A DNA stretch of 64,000 nt from Vitrella brassicaformis CCMP3155 (taxonomy: Eukaryota; Protista; Chromerida), in assembly GCA_001179505.1 (NCBI GenBank), contig CDMY01000379.1, positions 1-64,000 of the forward strand. Direction: 5' to 3'. Position 1 is the stretch's first letter; each line of letters begins with the position of its first letter. The translations under genes and the position numbers were made by a program. This document shows positions 12,874-24,692 of the stretch, one piece after another. Under the pieces are notes generated by a model. It did no database searches. It saw nothing but the letters and a program-made list of their open reading frames with translations, and was not told the origin of the DNA.

Positions 12874-14000
12874 TGCCTGGCTGGTGGATGGATGGATGGA
12901 TGGATGGATGGGGACATGGGTAGCCAAACGGCTGACCTCCTTGACAGGCGCCGGCTCCTGTTGTGTGGTCTTCGGGATGGGCACTACCTTGCCCGTTGTT
13001 GGATCGATCATTCCCCCGATCTCTGCGTAGTCGCCTTCCGTGTCGGCTGGGGCCTCTGGCGCAACTTGCTCTGGCACCTCCAGAATCGCCTTTCCCTTTT
13101 GTGGACATCATGACACCAAACGAAACATCCAGAGACTCTTCTCTGATCGGTGGGTGAGTCCTCGGTGATCGCACGTGAGCAATGTCTCTCTCTCTCTCTC
13201 CGCTTGTGTGTGTGTGTGTGTGTGCGTGTGTGTGTGTGTGTGTGTCTTTCTCTACCTACCGTCACGGGGTCCGTCCCCACTTTCTCTGCCCAGCCGACTT
13301 CGTCGTGCTCCACAGTTGACTTTGGCTGACGACATCACACACCGACACACAGGCAGACAGGGAGACAGGCATCGATATCGATCAATGAATGCCTCAGACG
13401 TCAGCAAGTGACTGAGTGATTTACTGCCTTTGCCGCCTCTTTCTCCGATGTGTCGGAGACGGGCTCAGGGGCCGTGGTCCTCACGATCTGTGCGTACTCG
13501 TCGCCGAGAGGGCCCTTTTTGTGGGGCACGGCGGCGGCGCTCACGCTCATGCAGCACACACAGAAGTGGTGATTCCCGCACGGCTCGCTGTTCGGGATCC
13601 TCTTGGACCACTTGCGGCACTCGAGACCCTTGTAACACTCCTCCTCTTTCCATGTCCCCCATTCCTTGGCCCTCACTTTCCTCCCCGTCTTCTTGCACAG
13701 CTCGCCCAACCCCGACCCTCTCTGCAGCACCAAACCGAAATAGGAACCGACGCATGCACGCAGCGGAGCGATTTGTTGTCTGTCGATCCGTTGCGTACCT
13801 CGCGCTTGTAGTCCGGAGTTTTCTCAGTGTAGCCGGATCCATGGCAATTCCACTTTCCCGTCTCTATGAGGGAGCTCCCGAGAGAAAAACCTGCAGGCAA
13901 GCGGGCACACCGTGCAATCCACTCAGGGCTGCGGCAGTCTCCTACTCGGCAGGCATGCGGCTGCAAGGGCGCCAATGGCGAGGCACACGAGGGGCTTCAT
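12262..14000 (-). CDS. Secreted protein: signal peptide + Cys-rich N-terminal module + Pro/Thr-rich stalk
   Basis: ATG at 14000 gives MKPLVCLAIGALAAACLP|SFSLG after a ~55-nt GT-AG intron. Then LCKKTGRK..ECYKGLECRKW..EPCGNHHFCVCC, followed by PKPAVPPKPTPTPKPTPAP. Stop after STSLGQE at 12262. Confidence 0.6.
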
Positions 14001-14230
14001 CGTCGTTGGCTAGAACAACTGAACACGGAACTGAACACAGCAGGCATGGGCATTCCGGAATGCATTGCAAATGTGTCCTGGCAGTGAAGGTAAGGCCAGG
14101 GCTGCGCTAACCTGCCTTCGGGCTTCGAAAAAAAGAGGGAGAAAAGGCTTCCTGACGACGTCAGCCCCCAATCGCGATCCAATTTTGAGACTGAGCCCCC
14201 AGGGAGGGATGAGATTGTTCCTCTTGGAAG

Positions 14231-16802
14231 ATGCTGCCCACGGAGCTCACCGCCGCTCATCCGCAACACGACGTTGAACACGCCATGGAAGTCAGCGATG
14301 GACCAGCAGATCTTCTCAGCGGCGAGGAGCATGTCATTGACCCAGAGAGCACAGGCGCCACCGGGACGTCGACCAACGACGTGACCTGCGGCCTGCCTAC
14401 ACAAACCTACTCAGAAGAGGGGGTTGTCTATGATGAGGACGGAGAAAAAGACGGGAGCCACTTGGACGGGAGACCGCCGCGCAAAGAGGAGCCGGAGCTC
14501 GAAGAAAAGGTGAATGAACTCCGAGCATGCGCGGGAGATGCAGCCTCGTTTCAGGAGTTCCAAACTGACTTGCGATATGAGGGAGGCTCGTTTGTTGGTG
14601 CGGTCTTCACTCCTGAGCCGCTTTGGACGACTGCAAGAAGAGTCACAAAGGTAATCATTCGCACAATGTCGCAGTCCTTCCAGGCCTGTCACGTTCCAGG
14701 TACTCTTATTCCACCTAATTGCAGCCGTCGGCTTTGCAGTCTGTTGGGCCCTGGTGTGGCTGGCGTACTGGTCGGCGTGCGAGAAGATGAGCGTGAGAGC
14801 ACCAGGCATATTCCTTGATGTAAATCGCCGCATCATCGTTGCCCTATGCTATGTGGCTACGATACTAGTTGTGGCTGAGGGCAGCGGAATTGGGGCTGTC
14901 CGCCGCTTGAGGACGACCTGGTATTTCTTCATTCTTGGGTTTGCCCCATACGTGGTTTTTGCACTTTTCCACCACGTCGAGGCCCTGCGGAAACGCCACC
15001 AATATGCGCCGCTCATGCTTTTCCCCATTACTCTGCTCGTACCCCTCATGTTAGGAAAGAATTGTGATAGTAAGCACATTCTCTGTCGTTGTGCCTGTCC
15101 TGTCAGGGTCTTTCGCCAAGTGGCTCTTACATCGACGATAATCGCCAAGCGGGCGTATATTCTCAAGACCTGGGTCATGTTTGGAGTGGTCATGTGTCTT
15201 TCGTTTGTTGCCTTACCCCTCTACTTCGTACCACTTGCCCGGACTGCAACAACAGATCGCGAGAAGACAGGCGTCCTCTTTACTTGGCTGCTCGTAGTGT
15301 CGCCCATTGTTGCGACCCGTAAGAAGCGACTTGACCGATGGACACATTCGCATGTTTCTTGCATCTTTCCATGCGTATTCGGTATGTGTTTCAGTCACAG
15401 GCATCGTTCGTTCTCTGAAGGACGGCCCTGCCTTGCAAACGTCTCCAGCAATCACGTTTGTAGCGTTCGGCTTCGCACTCTTCGCAAGGGTCGTTCAGGC
15501 CGAGATGGAACATATCTCCTCTCAGGTAGGTGGGCACATCAACGCTGTCCTCGCGTCAGATCCATTCCTCGTCTTTCCTGGACATGTCTCTCCTTATCAG
15601 CTTCTGTGGAGCTTGATCTTTGCATCATTTGACTTCGTTACCGACCTAGCCATGCCGTATTTCGTTCTCATAGGTGGTCCCCTAAGAAGAAGTCTGGTGC
15701 GATTCCTATGCAGGCCGATACGAGATCGGGACTTCGACACTGTCACTGCTGAAGATACTCAGGAAACGTGCGATAAGCAGGCGCCGGTCATGCTACTCAG
15801 CCGCCTTTCTATGACCATGATGAGTTTCAAGTCGGCCGGTCGCTACTCTATGAGGTCTTTGAGCACGTTTCTGGACGTCCCCACTCAGGTTGTTCAATTT
15901 GGTTATCACCCGATATTCCTTCGGCGTCTCAGCGATGTAAGCAAGGAAAGCGACAGACAGGAAAATCCATTCATTCTACACTTTTTTTGCCTCCACTGCT
16001 GCAGCAAGTGCATGCCTACAGCTTGATCGAGTTGACAGTGCTCATCTTCACCAACCTGTTCAACATCACTGTCGGCCAGATCCTCTTTCCATCCGTCCGT
16101 CACCTGCTAGAGAGGCTAGGAGGTCTGGGAATCATGGTGCTGATGGAAGTCTTGTTCGAGGGTGCGCTCTACATCTGCCTCGTGCGCTCTGCCAACTTGC
16201 CCCTGATTAAGAGCATAACGGAGCCGGGCGTCATCAGGATGCACTTGCTGGCACTGGGCATCTGCGGCACTGCTATCATCATTCGCAATCTGCCAGTCTA
16301 TGTGCTGATGCTCTTGACCGCTGCTGATGAGAACAAGTATCAGTCAGTAAGCATATACGAGTTTTGTCCTTTTCATTCAAGTATGTTTGAGCTGTCATAA
16401 CCTCTGTGGACGATTGGTTTGATTTGCGGATGGAGACAGAAACACACGATGTGACATCCTCTTTTCTCAATGCACACCGACAATTGTCGTCTCGTACATG
16501 CTCTTTGGGGGGATTGATGGATGGATGGATGCATGGATGGACCAGATACGTCGCGACTTCGTCAAATTGAGCGCTTCCATTTGTACATTGCGCGCAAACG
16601 CCTCGTATCTCGCTGCAACGATACAATGGCGAGCAACGAGACACAATCGTCAGACCAAAGTCATAATGAGACACAAAGCCACACAGTCACTGAGTGCATG
16701 CGAAGCGTCCTTGAGTGCCTCACAACGTCATGTCGTCAGTTGGCTTCCATGACAGGAGAAGCAAGGCGCTGTGACATTGATTTCTGTGCAGGGTGGGAAT
16801 GA
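14231..16802 (+). CDS. Polytopic membrane protein of unknown family (acidic disordered N-terminus, roughly 10 hydrophobic helices)
   Basis: Overlapping ORFs 14231, 14754, 15307 and 15987 are joined by short GT-AG introns. Many hydrophobic segments, e.g. IIVALCYVATILVVA, WYFFILGFAPYVVFALF and WVMFGVVMCLSFVALPLYFV. 3' end uncertain (16400-16802). Confidence 0.6.
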
Positions 16803-17159
16803 CTGGTTGGCTCTGTCTCAGCAATCGCACAGAAAGACATGCCAACTCGCTCCAGCCTCGCGGCCGATTTAGTAATTGCACATGCGATGTATAGGGCTTT
16901 GTTTTGTCTGTTCGGTTGGGAGACAAGAGTACATCGCATCGTAGGTGTGTTGGTTTTCTGTACGTACGTGCGGTGTGCGAGTGTATGGGATCGGCCGCCG
17001 ATCGCGAGTCCTTTACCAACCACAAACACACGATCGACCGATCAGTCCACTAAGCGCCTGACTGACTCATCCTCTCAACCATCCGTCCGTCCGTCTCTCT
17101 TCCGCCCTCCCTCGCCTCTCCCGTCTGGTCCACCCTCTCCACACTGTCTGCACCCGTCT

Positions 17160-19625
17160 CACCTCCTCAAGCAGCTGCTGCTCCATCGGTTCAAGTTTGT
17201 GGGCACCAGCTCCATCACAAACATGTCCATTATCGACATTGCGGGCACTTCAACGTCATCCGCCTGCACGCAGCCAACACACAGAGAAAGAGACAAATAA
17301 AAAATGCGCCCCGACAGTGGGGGAGATGGGTAGAGAGTGACATGTACTGGGTGGCATAGAGATGTGCGCCTTTCCTGACCGTGCTGAGGTTGGCGTGTGT
17401 GTGGTCCGGCCTTGCTATCCATCTCATCAGATGTCCCCACAACTCCCTGTCACACAGCACACGGCAGCCACTTGACCAACGGAGTGCTCTCTCCTCACCT
17501 GACGTACTCCACTAGGTACTCCATCCGTAACCCAGACGCAGACCTGTACCACACAGCATACAAACAGGAGACGCACTCATTTGGCGTCACGTCCGATGCA
17601 GTGCAGCGCCACACACCATCATCATGGCGTGAATGCAGCAAGAGATGCCAGCGACCTTTGCCTTTTGTCCCTTTCATACTCACCGTTATATGGTCTGGTT
17701 GCAGTGGCCTTGGCAGGGAAGGCTCCTCGCAACTCTTAATTCTCCTCTCGCCTTCCCTTCCGGCATCAGCGGTTTACGCTGATGAATGAACTTCTGGGGG
17801 GGAAATGCTCACAGCTCAGAGGAGTGCTCACGGCTCACAGGCAGAGTGCAGTGCTCGTTTGCTCCATTTCCATTCCCTGTCAGACAGCACATGGCAGCCA
17901 CTTGACGAATGGAGTGCACCACGTGGCCTTACTCTCGCCTCACCTAGCGAGATCCATGACATGGCCTGACATGACGAGACACGGCGAGCAACTGGAAGAG
18001 TCCACCAGATATAAAATGTAGGCAGCGATGATCGGCCTGCATACACAAAGCAGAGAGACACACAATGTAGGGCTGTCCTGGATGTGTCGAGTCCTCTAGG
18101 CATCGACATGAGGCACTCACTACTCACCGTCCTCCTCATCGCTGTCGTCATCCTCGTCAGGCGGTGCGATCTCGGGCGGAGCCTCCCTTGGGGGTGGGGC
18201 GGTGGCGATGATCCTGAGAACGTCTGCATTCCATGTAGACACAGCACACAAACAGGGACACATGCAACATTTCGCCCATGTCTTTCGTGCCCATACAATA
18301 GCTAATAGCTGACCGGTGATGGTCTCGTCAGCGTAGCTGCCCAGCAAATCCCTCAGCTCCGCCGCCGACAGGCCTTTGGCGTGGCCCACTCACACCTCTC
18401 GGTAGACGTCGATGGCCCTGCGAGCGAGTGGCCTGGTGGCGTCCGTTAGGGAGCTGTTGCTGCGCAGCAGCCTGGCGCTGACCTCCTGGTGCTCCTTCTC
18501 CACTGCCTCCATGGTGGTGAGCCGGCCGTCCGCCACCGCCTCCATGACGCCCTCGATGGCCTTGAAGGCGGACCCATAGGCCATGCCTTCGGGGTAGACG
18601 TTGTCGAGGGCCAGCCACAGGATTGTGTTGGCGACGCAGACGATGTCGGAGTCGTACGAGATGGTCTCGTCCGGGCAGGATGACATCGTCGCCCGGCCCT
18701 CCATGATGGCCGCCGTGATCGTATCGAACGGCTGAAAGGCAAAGGAGAGGGACAGGACACACACACACACATTCACACGGTCGCAGCGGACGGGTGGGGA
18801 GGGAAGGGGAGGGGAGGGGAGGGTGGGATGGGTTGATGCTTACGCAGGCCAGGATGGACGTGTTTTTGGGTATTTTGGTGACGAAGCTCTTCGTCGCGGT
18901 GGCCGCCACTCGCACCATATCGAACATGGACTGCATGAAGCGGAGCATCCATCCATCCATCCAGCCATAGGCGTGTGGCGTGCCGTGTTTTCTCTCTGTC
19001 TGATGTGCCTATCGGATGCGCTGCATACTAGGCTGCCATCGGCCATCTGGGCGAGGTTGTACGTCCTCTGGCTCAGATACCGGCGGCCGCCCCAGGGCGG
19101 GTCAATGATGGCCTGCACAGCACAAACACATTCGCATGATGGACGTGTTGGCGTCTGTGCAGGTGGGTTGGTGGGTATGTCGTGTGTCGACTGACTGACC
19201 AGGTCGGCCGTGAAGCCGTAGTTGTCCATGCGGTCCACAACGGACTCATAGTCCTCGGGCAGCGCTAGTGTGGGCTTGACATCTGCACACCCATCCACAC
19301 ACACACACAGAGACAGAGTGGTGGTTGAATGAATGGGGTCGGTCTCTTCCTTGTATATTGCTACCGTATAGTTTTGTGTTGTGCTCGAGGAGCTCCACGT
19401 GGTCGGCTTCCTTATCGATGCTATACACACTCATGCCCTCTCGGAGCATGGCTATTGTGTCCCCCCCTGCGCAAACACACACACACACAAGCACGACACA
19501 CGGGGCATTCATTCAGCCAGATGCAGTGTATGTATGTATGTGTGCTCGCCATGCACCTGGGGTACAACTTGCTGCAGCTGGCCGCCTGGTGCATGGCGAT
19601 CGTTTCCGGACTAATGCTATATCGG
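17160..19625 (-). pseudogene. Degenerate TGS1-like (RNA cap guanine-N2 methyltransferase) gene with an unrelated helical C-terminal extension; contains an in-frame TGA
   Basis: YSISPETIAMHQA, GGDTIAMLREGMSVYSIDKEADHVELLEHNTKLYG, AIIDPPWGGRRY and FVTKIPKNT match the TGS1 layout. SAM-binding motif I (DxFCG) is not found and exon phases mismatch. TGA at 18392-18390 lies inside a coding-like exon. Confidence 0.55.
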
Positions 19626-20058
19626 GGGGGGGGGGGGTTGANNNNNNNNNNNNNNNNNNNNNNNNNNNNNNNNNNNNNNNNNNNNNNNNNNNNNNNNNNN
19701 NNNNNNNNNNNNNNNNNNNNNNNNNNNNNNNNNNNNNNNNNNNNNNNNNNNNNNNNNNNNNNNNNNNNNNNNNNNNNNNNNNNNNNNNNNNNNNNNNNNN
19801 NNNNNNNNNNNNNNNNNNNNNNNNNNNNNNNNNNNNNNNNNNNNNNNNNNNNNNNNNNNNNNNNNNNNNNNNNNNNNNNNNNNNNNNNNNNNNNNNNNNN
19901 NNNNNNNNNNNNNNNNNNNNNNNNNNNNNNNNNNNNNNNNNGGGGGGGGGGGGGGTTGACATACACACAGACACAACACAACACACAACACGCACATCCC
20001 ATCCATGGACCCTCTTTGTCGCACTGGATGCAATTCGTAAGTGTTGTGTAAGCCGTAC

Positions 20059-20208
20059 GTGATGGCCCGCCGGTTGTGGAGGGTGATGCAGGGCTGGCCG
20101 GGGCGACCGGCGAGCTTGGCCTGCCTCTGGTTTGCCTGTTGCGGCTCGTCTCGAAGTCGATGAGGGCCAGCTCGCCAGTCGACTCGTCCAGCAGCACAGA
20201 AACCAGCT
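20059..20208 (-). pseudogene. Orphan protein-kinase exon (subdomain VIb-VII-like)
   Basis: Exon bounded by ttcctgtcag| and |gtacgg encodes LVSVLLDESTGELALIDFETS followed by an S/P-rich stretch. Confidence 0.4.
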
Positions 20209-20545
20209 GACAGGAAGAAAAGTGAAGGATATGTGGCTGAAACAGGGCTGGAAAGCCGAACGCGGACGGAAATGGTAAAACTGGATGTCAAAATCGTAAA
20301 TCAGGGTTTGCGGCAGCAATGCGGCTTCTCGCCGTCTCGTCCCGGAAATCTCGCCGCGCATTTCGCTTTCTGTGGATAACACGAGACCATAGAATGCAGA
20401 CCGAGGCCAAAGGGATATCTGGTGCTGCAGACGAAGTCAGATCGCATGATCCGCTCACTTGAGTGAGATCCTTCACTTTTCGCAGGCCTTGAAGCTCTGA
20501 AAACATCAGCAGAGATGCTCTTCACACCACACAGACATACAGACA

Positions 20546-20927
20546 GGCAGCCGCCATCCACGGACAGTCCTGAGGGCCATGAAGAGGGTCGGACAGACAC
20601 ACAGACACACAGACATGCAATCCACCGACCAACATAATGATGGTGTGGTGTGTCCAGGGAGTGACTTTCCGCGAGGCCGACGAGGTGTCTGGCGAGGCCA
20701 AAGACCTCGTGTGTCGACTGCTGACGGCCGACAAAAGCAGACGCACTCAATCGGGTAATCAACGACAAACCAATCAATGGATGGATTCATCTATGTGTGT
20801 TGTGCTGTCCTGTGCAGCTGGCGATGCGCTGGCGCATCCGTGGTTGGCCAGGAGGAGTGGCGACCGCCCCGCCGCCCCGCCCCAGCCGCCCAATGCCCTG
20901 TCAGTCACAAGACGGCACAGCCCCTAG
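20546..20927 (+). pseudogene. 3' remnant of a CAMK/CDPK-like Ser/Thr kinase (subdomains X-XI), three exons
   Basis: Spliced frame SRHPRTVLRAMKR|GVTFREADEVSGEAKDLVCRLLTADKSRRTQS|AGDALAHPWLARR..stop. No upstream kinase subdomains on this strand. Confidence 0.6.
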
Positions 20928-21665
20928 CTCGGCGTAGCATACACGAGTGTGTGTGGATGTGGAGCAGCCCGGCCTATCGCCCGCCAGACAAGCCGCCCAT
21001 CTGTGTGAGAGACGCCCTTAGAGAGACAAGGAGGGCCTCAAGAGGCATGGCGTCGGTGCGATGTGAGTGTCTGAGGACAGACAGGCAGACAGGCCATTGA
21101 GTGATCGATTGGCTTGGGTCGTGGTGCAGTGCTCGCCGGCCGAATAGACTGACGGGCTTATAACCCGACAGGCGGGGCCGCACTGCAGCTGACTGAGTGA
21201 GAAAGGGCGTGAGCTTGTCTGATTGGTGTCTCACCAACTTGCTCTTGCCGCTCTTGCGTGTGTGTGTCTTCGATTCGTTCATGTGTGTGTGCGTGTACAT
21301 ACCACAGACCATGTCCATAGACTGACTGATAAGACAGACTCACACGACTCGTGTGTGTATGTGCGTGCGATGTGATCTGAATCGATCATACGCAACCAAG
21401 GCGTGGTTCATGTTGGCCGCGCGCGAAGCCGATTCCCGTTTTTTGGAGTAGGCCATGATGTCTGCTGTGCCCCTGGTCAATCAATCAGGGGCACCCCATA
21501 TCGCCAGACGTCGAGCAGTACTTCGAGCAGTACTTCGAGAAACGCGTTAATCGACTTCGAGGGGTACTAGTGTCTCTTCCCTTCAGCAAGGATAGCTAAT
21601 CACATCCACCCTTGTTCGATTCTGTCCACATAAAGGCCAGCCATCCACCCGCCGCCCACTTTGCA

Positions 21666-22753
21666 TCAGATACACAGCCGATAGGTGACATATCTGCCGG
21701 CCGTCTCGCTAGGCCGAATGATCTTGACCACCTGCCCCCTCTCCAGCCCGTAGTACTTGGCCACGGGGTCGTCGCGTGTGATGCGCGGCAGCTGGTCGGC
21801 CCTGACCTTGTACCTCTCGAGCAGCGCCTTCTTGTCGACCTCGCTCAGCGGCACGTGGCGGGGCACCAGCTCGTGCTCGGTGATGTTGACGAGCAGCTCA
21901 GACTCCATGAACACCTCGATCCGCTGCTTGGACGACGACATGCTCAAGGCCTACAAGAGGGAGCAATGCACTGGCAATCATTGCCGCTCGGTGGCCAGGG
22001 GGTTTGACCTCTGTGTGTGTGTGTGTGTGTGTGTACCTCTTTTGCGAAAGATGTGAGTTTTTCTCTGCACACGAGGATGGCGCGGGGGATGTTCTTCTCC
22101 TCCATCTTAGACACCAAACTGACACATACACACACGGACAGACGCCACCCACACCACACCATGCAGTGACCGTCACTTCTGTGTGCTGCGTACTCTCCCT
22201 CCTTCCCTGCCAGGCTCCCTCCCTCACTTAGCGATGGGTCTGACGCCGACTTTCTTGCCCTGTTCGTCAGGGAAGTAGACCACCAGCGTCTCTGTCGGGT
22301 CAGACCGGTGACGAACAAATATCACCAGACTCTCACGACTGACACACAACCACATTGGATTGGTGTGCGTGCATGTGTCGGCATGCGTGTGTGCGTTGCC
22401 TTCTCCCGCCCTGTCACTCACTTTCTGACTTCAGATAGTGCTTGCGAGACGTCTTCCCTCGACTCGAGCAGGCAGTTCCTCCCCACCATGTAGTCCCTGA
22501 CCAACACGCACGCACACACACGACGGGCCTTGCTGACCTGACTGGTGTCGCTTTCAGTCAAATTCTTCGGTGACTGACTGACTGACCTGTCCTGCAGCAT
22601 CTGGAAGATCGTCCGCCGGCAGCGCCACAATCGGGTCACCTGAATAGGTGAACGAATGCATACGACAGCACAGCGACACACACGGTCCGGTCCATCATGT
22701 GATACTCTCAGCAATTTGCTGTGCTCAGCTCAGCTCACGTCGTCGTCTGTCAT
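21666..22753 (-). CDS. RPB5: DNA-directed RNA polymerases I, II and III subunit RPABC1
   Basis: MTDDD|[18 protein letters not shown]..., [17 protein letters not shown], and the C-terminal domain [15 protein letters not shown]...[42 protein letters not shown]. Confidence 0.97.
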
Positions 22754-23379
22754 GGTTTGTCAATCCACCGGCCAGTAGGCAAGAGCCCTTCTTGCTGTTG
22801 CTGTTGCTGCTGCTGTTGGTAGTGGAGCGAGTCAGCTGTTGTTCCGGGAGGAGGCTCAGATGGCCTGTCGCTATCGGATTCCTTCTTATCGCGGATGTAG
22901 CGGAAGTAGATGTAGATCAGCGCCACAGCCGATGCGGTGTTCGCCGTGAAGAGCCTCCTCTTGAGCGGCGTGTCGAATAAGCTCTTCCGAGTCATCCCCT
23001 CATCAGCTCGCAGCTTGAGCTCGCAATTTTCTGACATCACCTTTTCCCCACGCGGCGCAGACTGCAGGCTTATCGCGCGTCCAGCGGCACCCCTGCCAAA
23101 CCTCAATTTAAATCCGCCAGCCGCCTTTCCGTGACTTCCACCCGCCGGCGGATCCACTGCGAGGACTGGCCTGTTTTGGCCGTAGCATGGTTGGGAGAGT
23201 GTCCCCAGGGTGATGTTTGAGCACTCCCCTGCGCCCGCAGACGACCCATTGCCCGTCTCGTCCACACGTGATTGTCATCGCGTAGTACACTGCGTCCGCT
23301 CTTATCGCCGGAGAGAGAGGCGCGTCAGGAGGATCAGGAGGCCAGCAGCCTTAGCCTTGCCGTCATCAGCAGGACCACG

Positions 23380-24226
23380 ATGTTTGATGACAACAGGAAG
23401 ATCGGTATCGGGCTCACGTTGCTGGGCCTGGCCATGACGGGGCTGGGCGTCCTGCTATTCTTCGATAGGGCACTGCTCGCACTCGGAAACGTACACCACT
23501 ATACCGACACACACAGCGACACAGATCCGTGAATACCGTCGGGACCTCTCTCTGTGTGTGTGTCTGTCTGCTTACGTGTCTGTCTGTCTGTGCAGCTGTC
23601 GTTCTTGTGTGGGTTGTGTTTCCTGCTTGGGTTCGCCAAGACGGGCAAATTCTTCTTCAGGAAGGAAAAATTAAAAGGTGCGAGTTAGTCAGGGGATGGA
23701 TGGATGAACACGCACATACCGTCTTATGTGTGCCCTCTGGTCTCCACGTGTGTGCAGGGACATCATTGTTTTTCGGTGGATTCTGTTTGATCATTTACGG
23801 ATGGTGTATACTCGGTGGGCTGGCTGGCCGCACGCCCAACTCACACACGCCATGCTGCTGAGCGCATCTGTCGATCCTCTGTCTGCTGTCATGTGTGTGC
23901 ATCTGTCTGCCACCCATCCCATCCATCCGTCTGTGTTTAGGTTTGTTGGTAGAGATGGTAGGGATGTGGTTTCTGTTCAGCGCCTTCCTCCCCAATGTGG
24001 TCGCGTCGCTCAAACTCACATCCATCGGATGGATATTTAACCTACCGGGAATCAGCCATGTACACACAACACAACACAGACGGGATGGATGGGATGGATG
24101 GGATGGATGGATTGGCACAAAGCCACACATACAGGCCATTTCTCTCTCTCGGTCTGTGTGTGGATGTGTGTGGTGTTCATTCAGTTTGCCAATTGGGTGT
24201 ATGACCAGAGGAGGTTACCCCTGTAG
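23380..24226 (+). CDS. GOT1: Got1/Sft2-family vesicle transport protein (Golgi transport protein 1)
   Basis: MFDDNRKIGIGLTLLG..LGVLLFFDRALLALGN|LSFLCGL..KTGKFFFRKEK|GTSLFFGG..., ending FANWVYDQRRLPL-TAG. Confidence 0.93.
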
Positions 24227-24692
24227 CCCTATGATGCCTCCCCTGTACGACGGCCATGGCCCCAACCCACCCGTCCTCTCGATAGATGACACAAATATGC
24301 GCCCACACACAGAGGACAGACAGACAGACCGAGGGACATTGACGGACAGTCGGCCGCGTCATGTTTGTATGTGCGTAGAGTTCGTCTATGTATGGGTGCG
24401 TCAGTGCGTGCGTGAGTGGGTGTACTTTATTTGTCGGCAAGACACACATACACGCATTACATCGAAGACGTTATGTGTCTGTGGATGCATTGAGTCTATT
24501 GCCTGCATCAGTAGGCAGGCAGGAGAAAAAGGCTGACCCACTCCATTAGTCATTTCTCCACTCAGTCACCCCTCCAACCACCCTGAGGCCTTACTCAACG
24601 CCTTAGACACAAAAATCTTACACACGGCAACTCACTGGCTACACAACACACTTGTCTGTGTGTGTGTGGTGTCGGCCCAGTTGACCGACCGG

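Noticed and set aside
21460-21575. Hairpin tgcccctg..caggggca, tandem tcgagcagtact repeats and a CTAG resembling a Helitron 3' end
   Set aside because: Hairpin-to-CTAG spacing does not fit, there is no second copy in the window, and it lies in the RPB5 3' flank.
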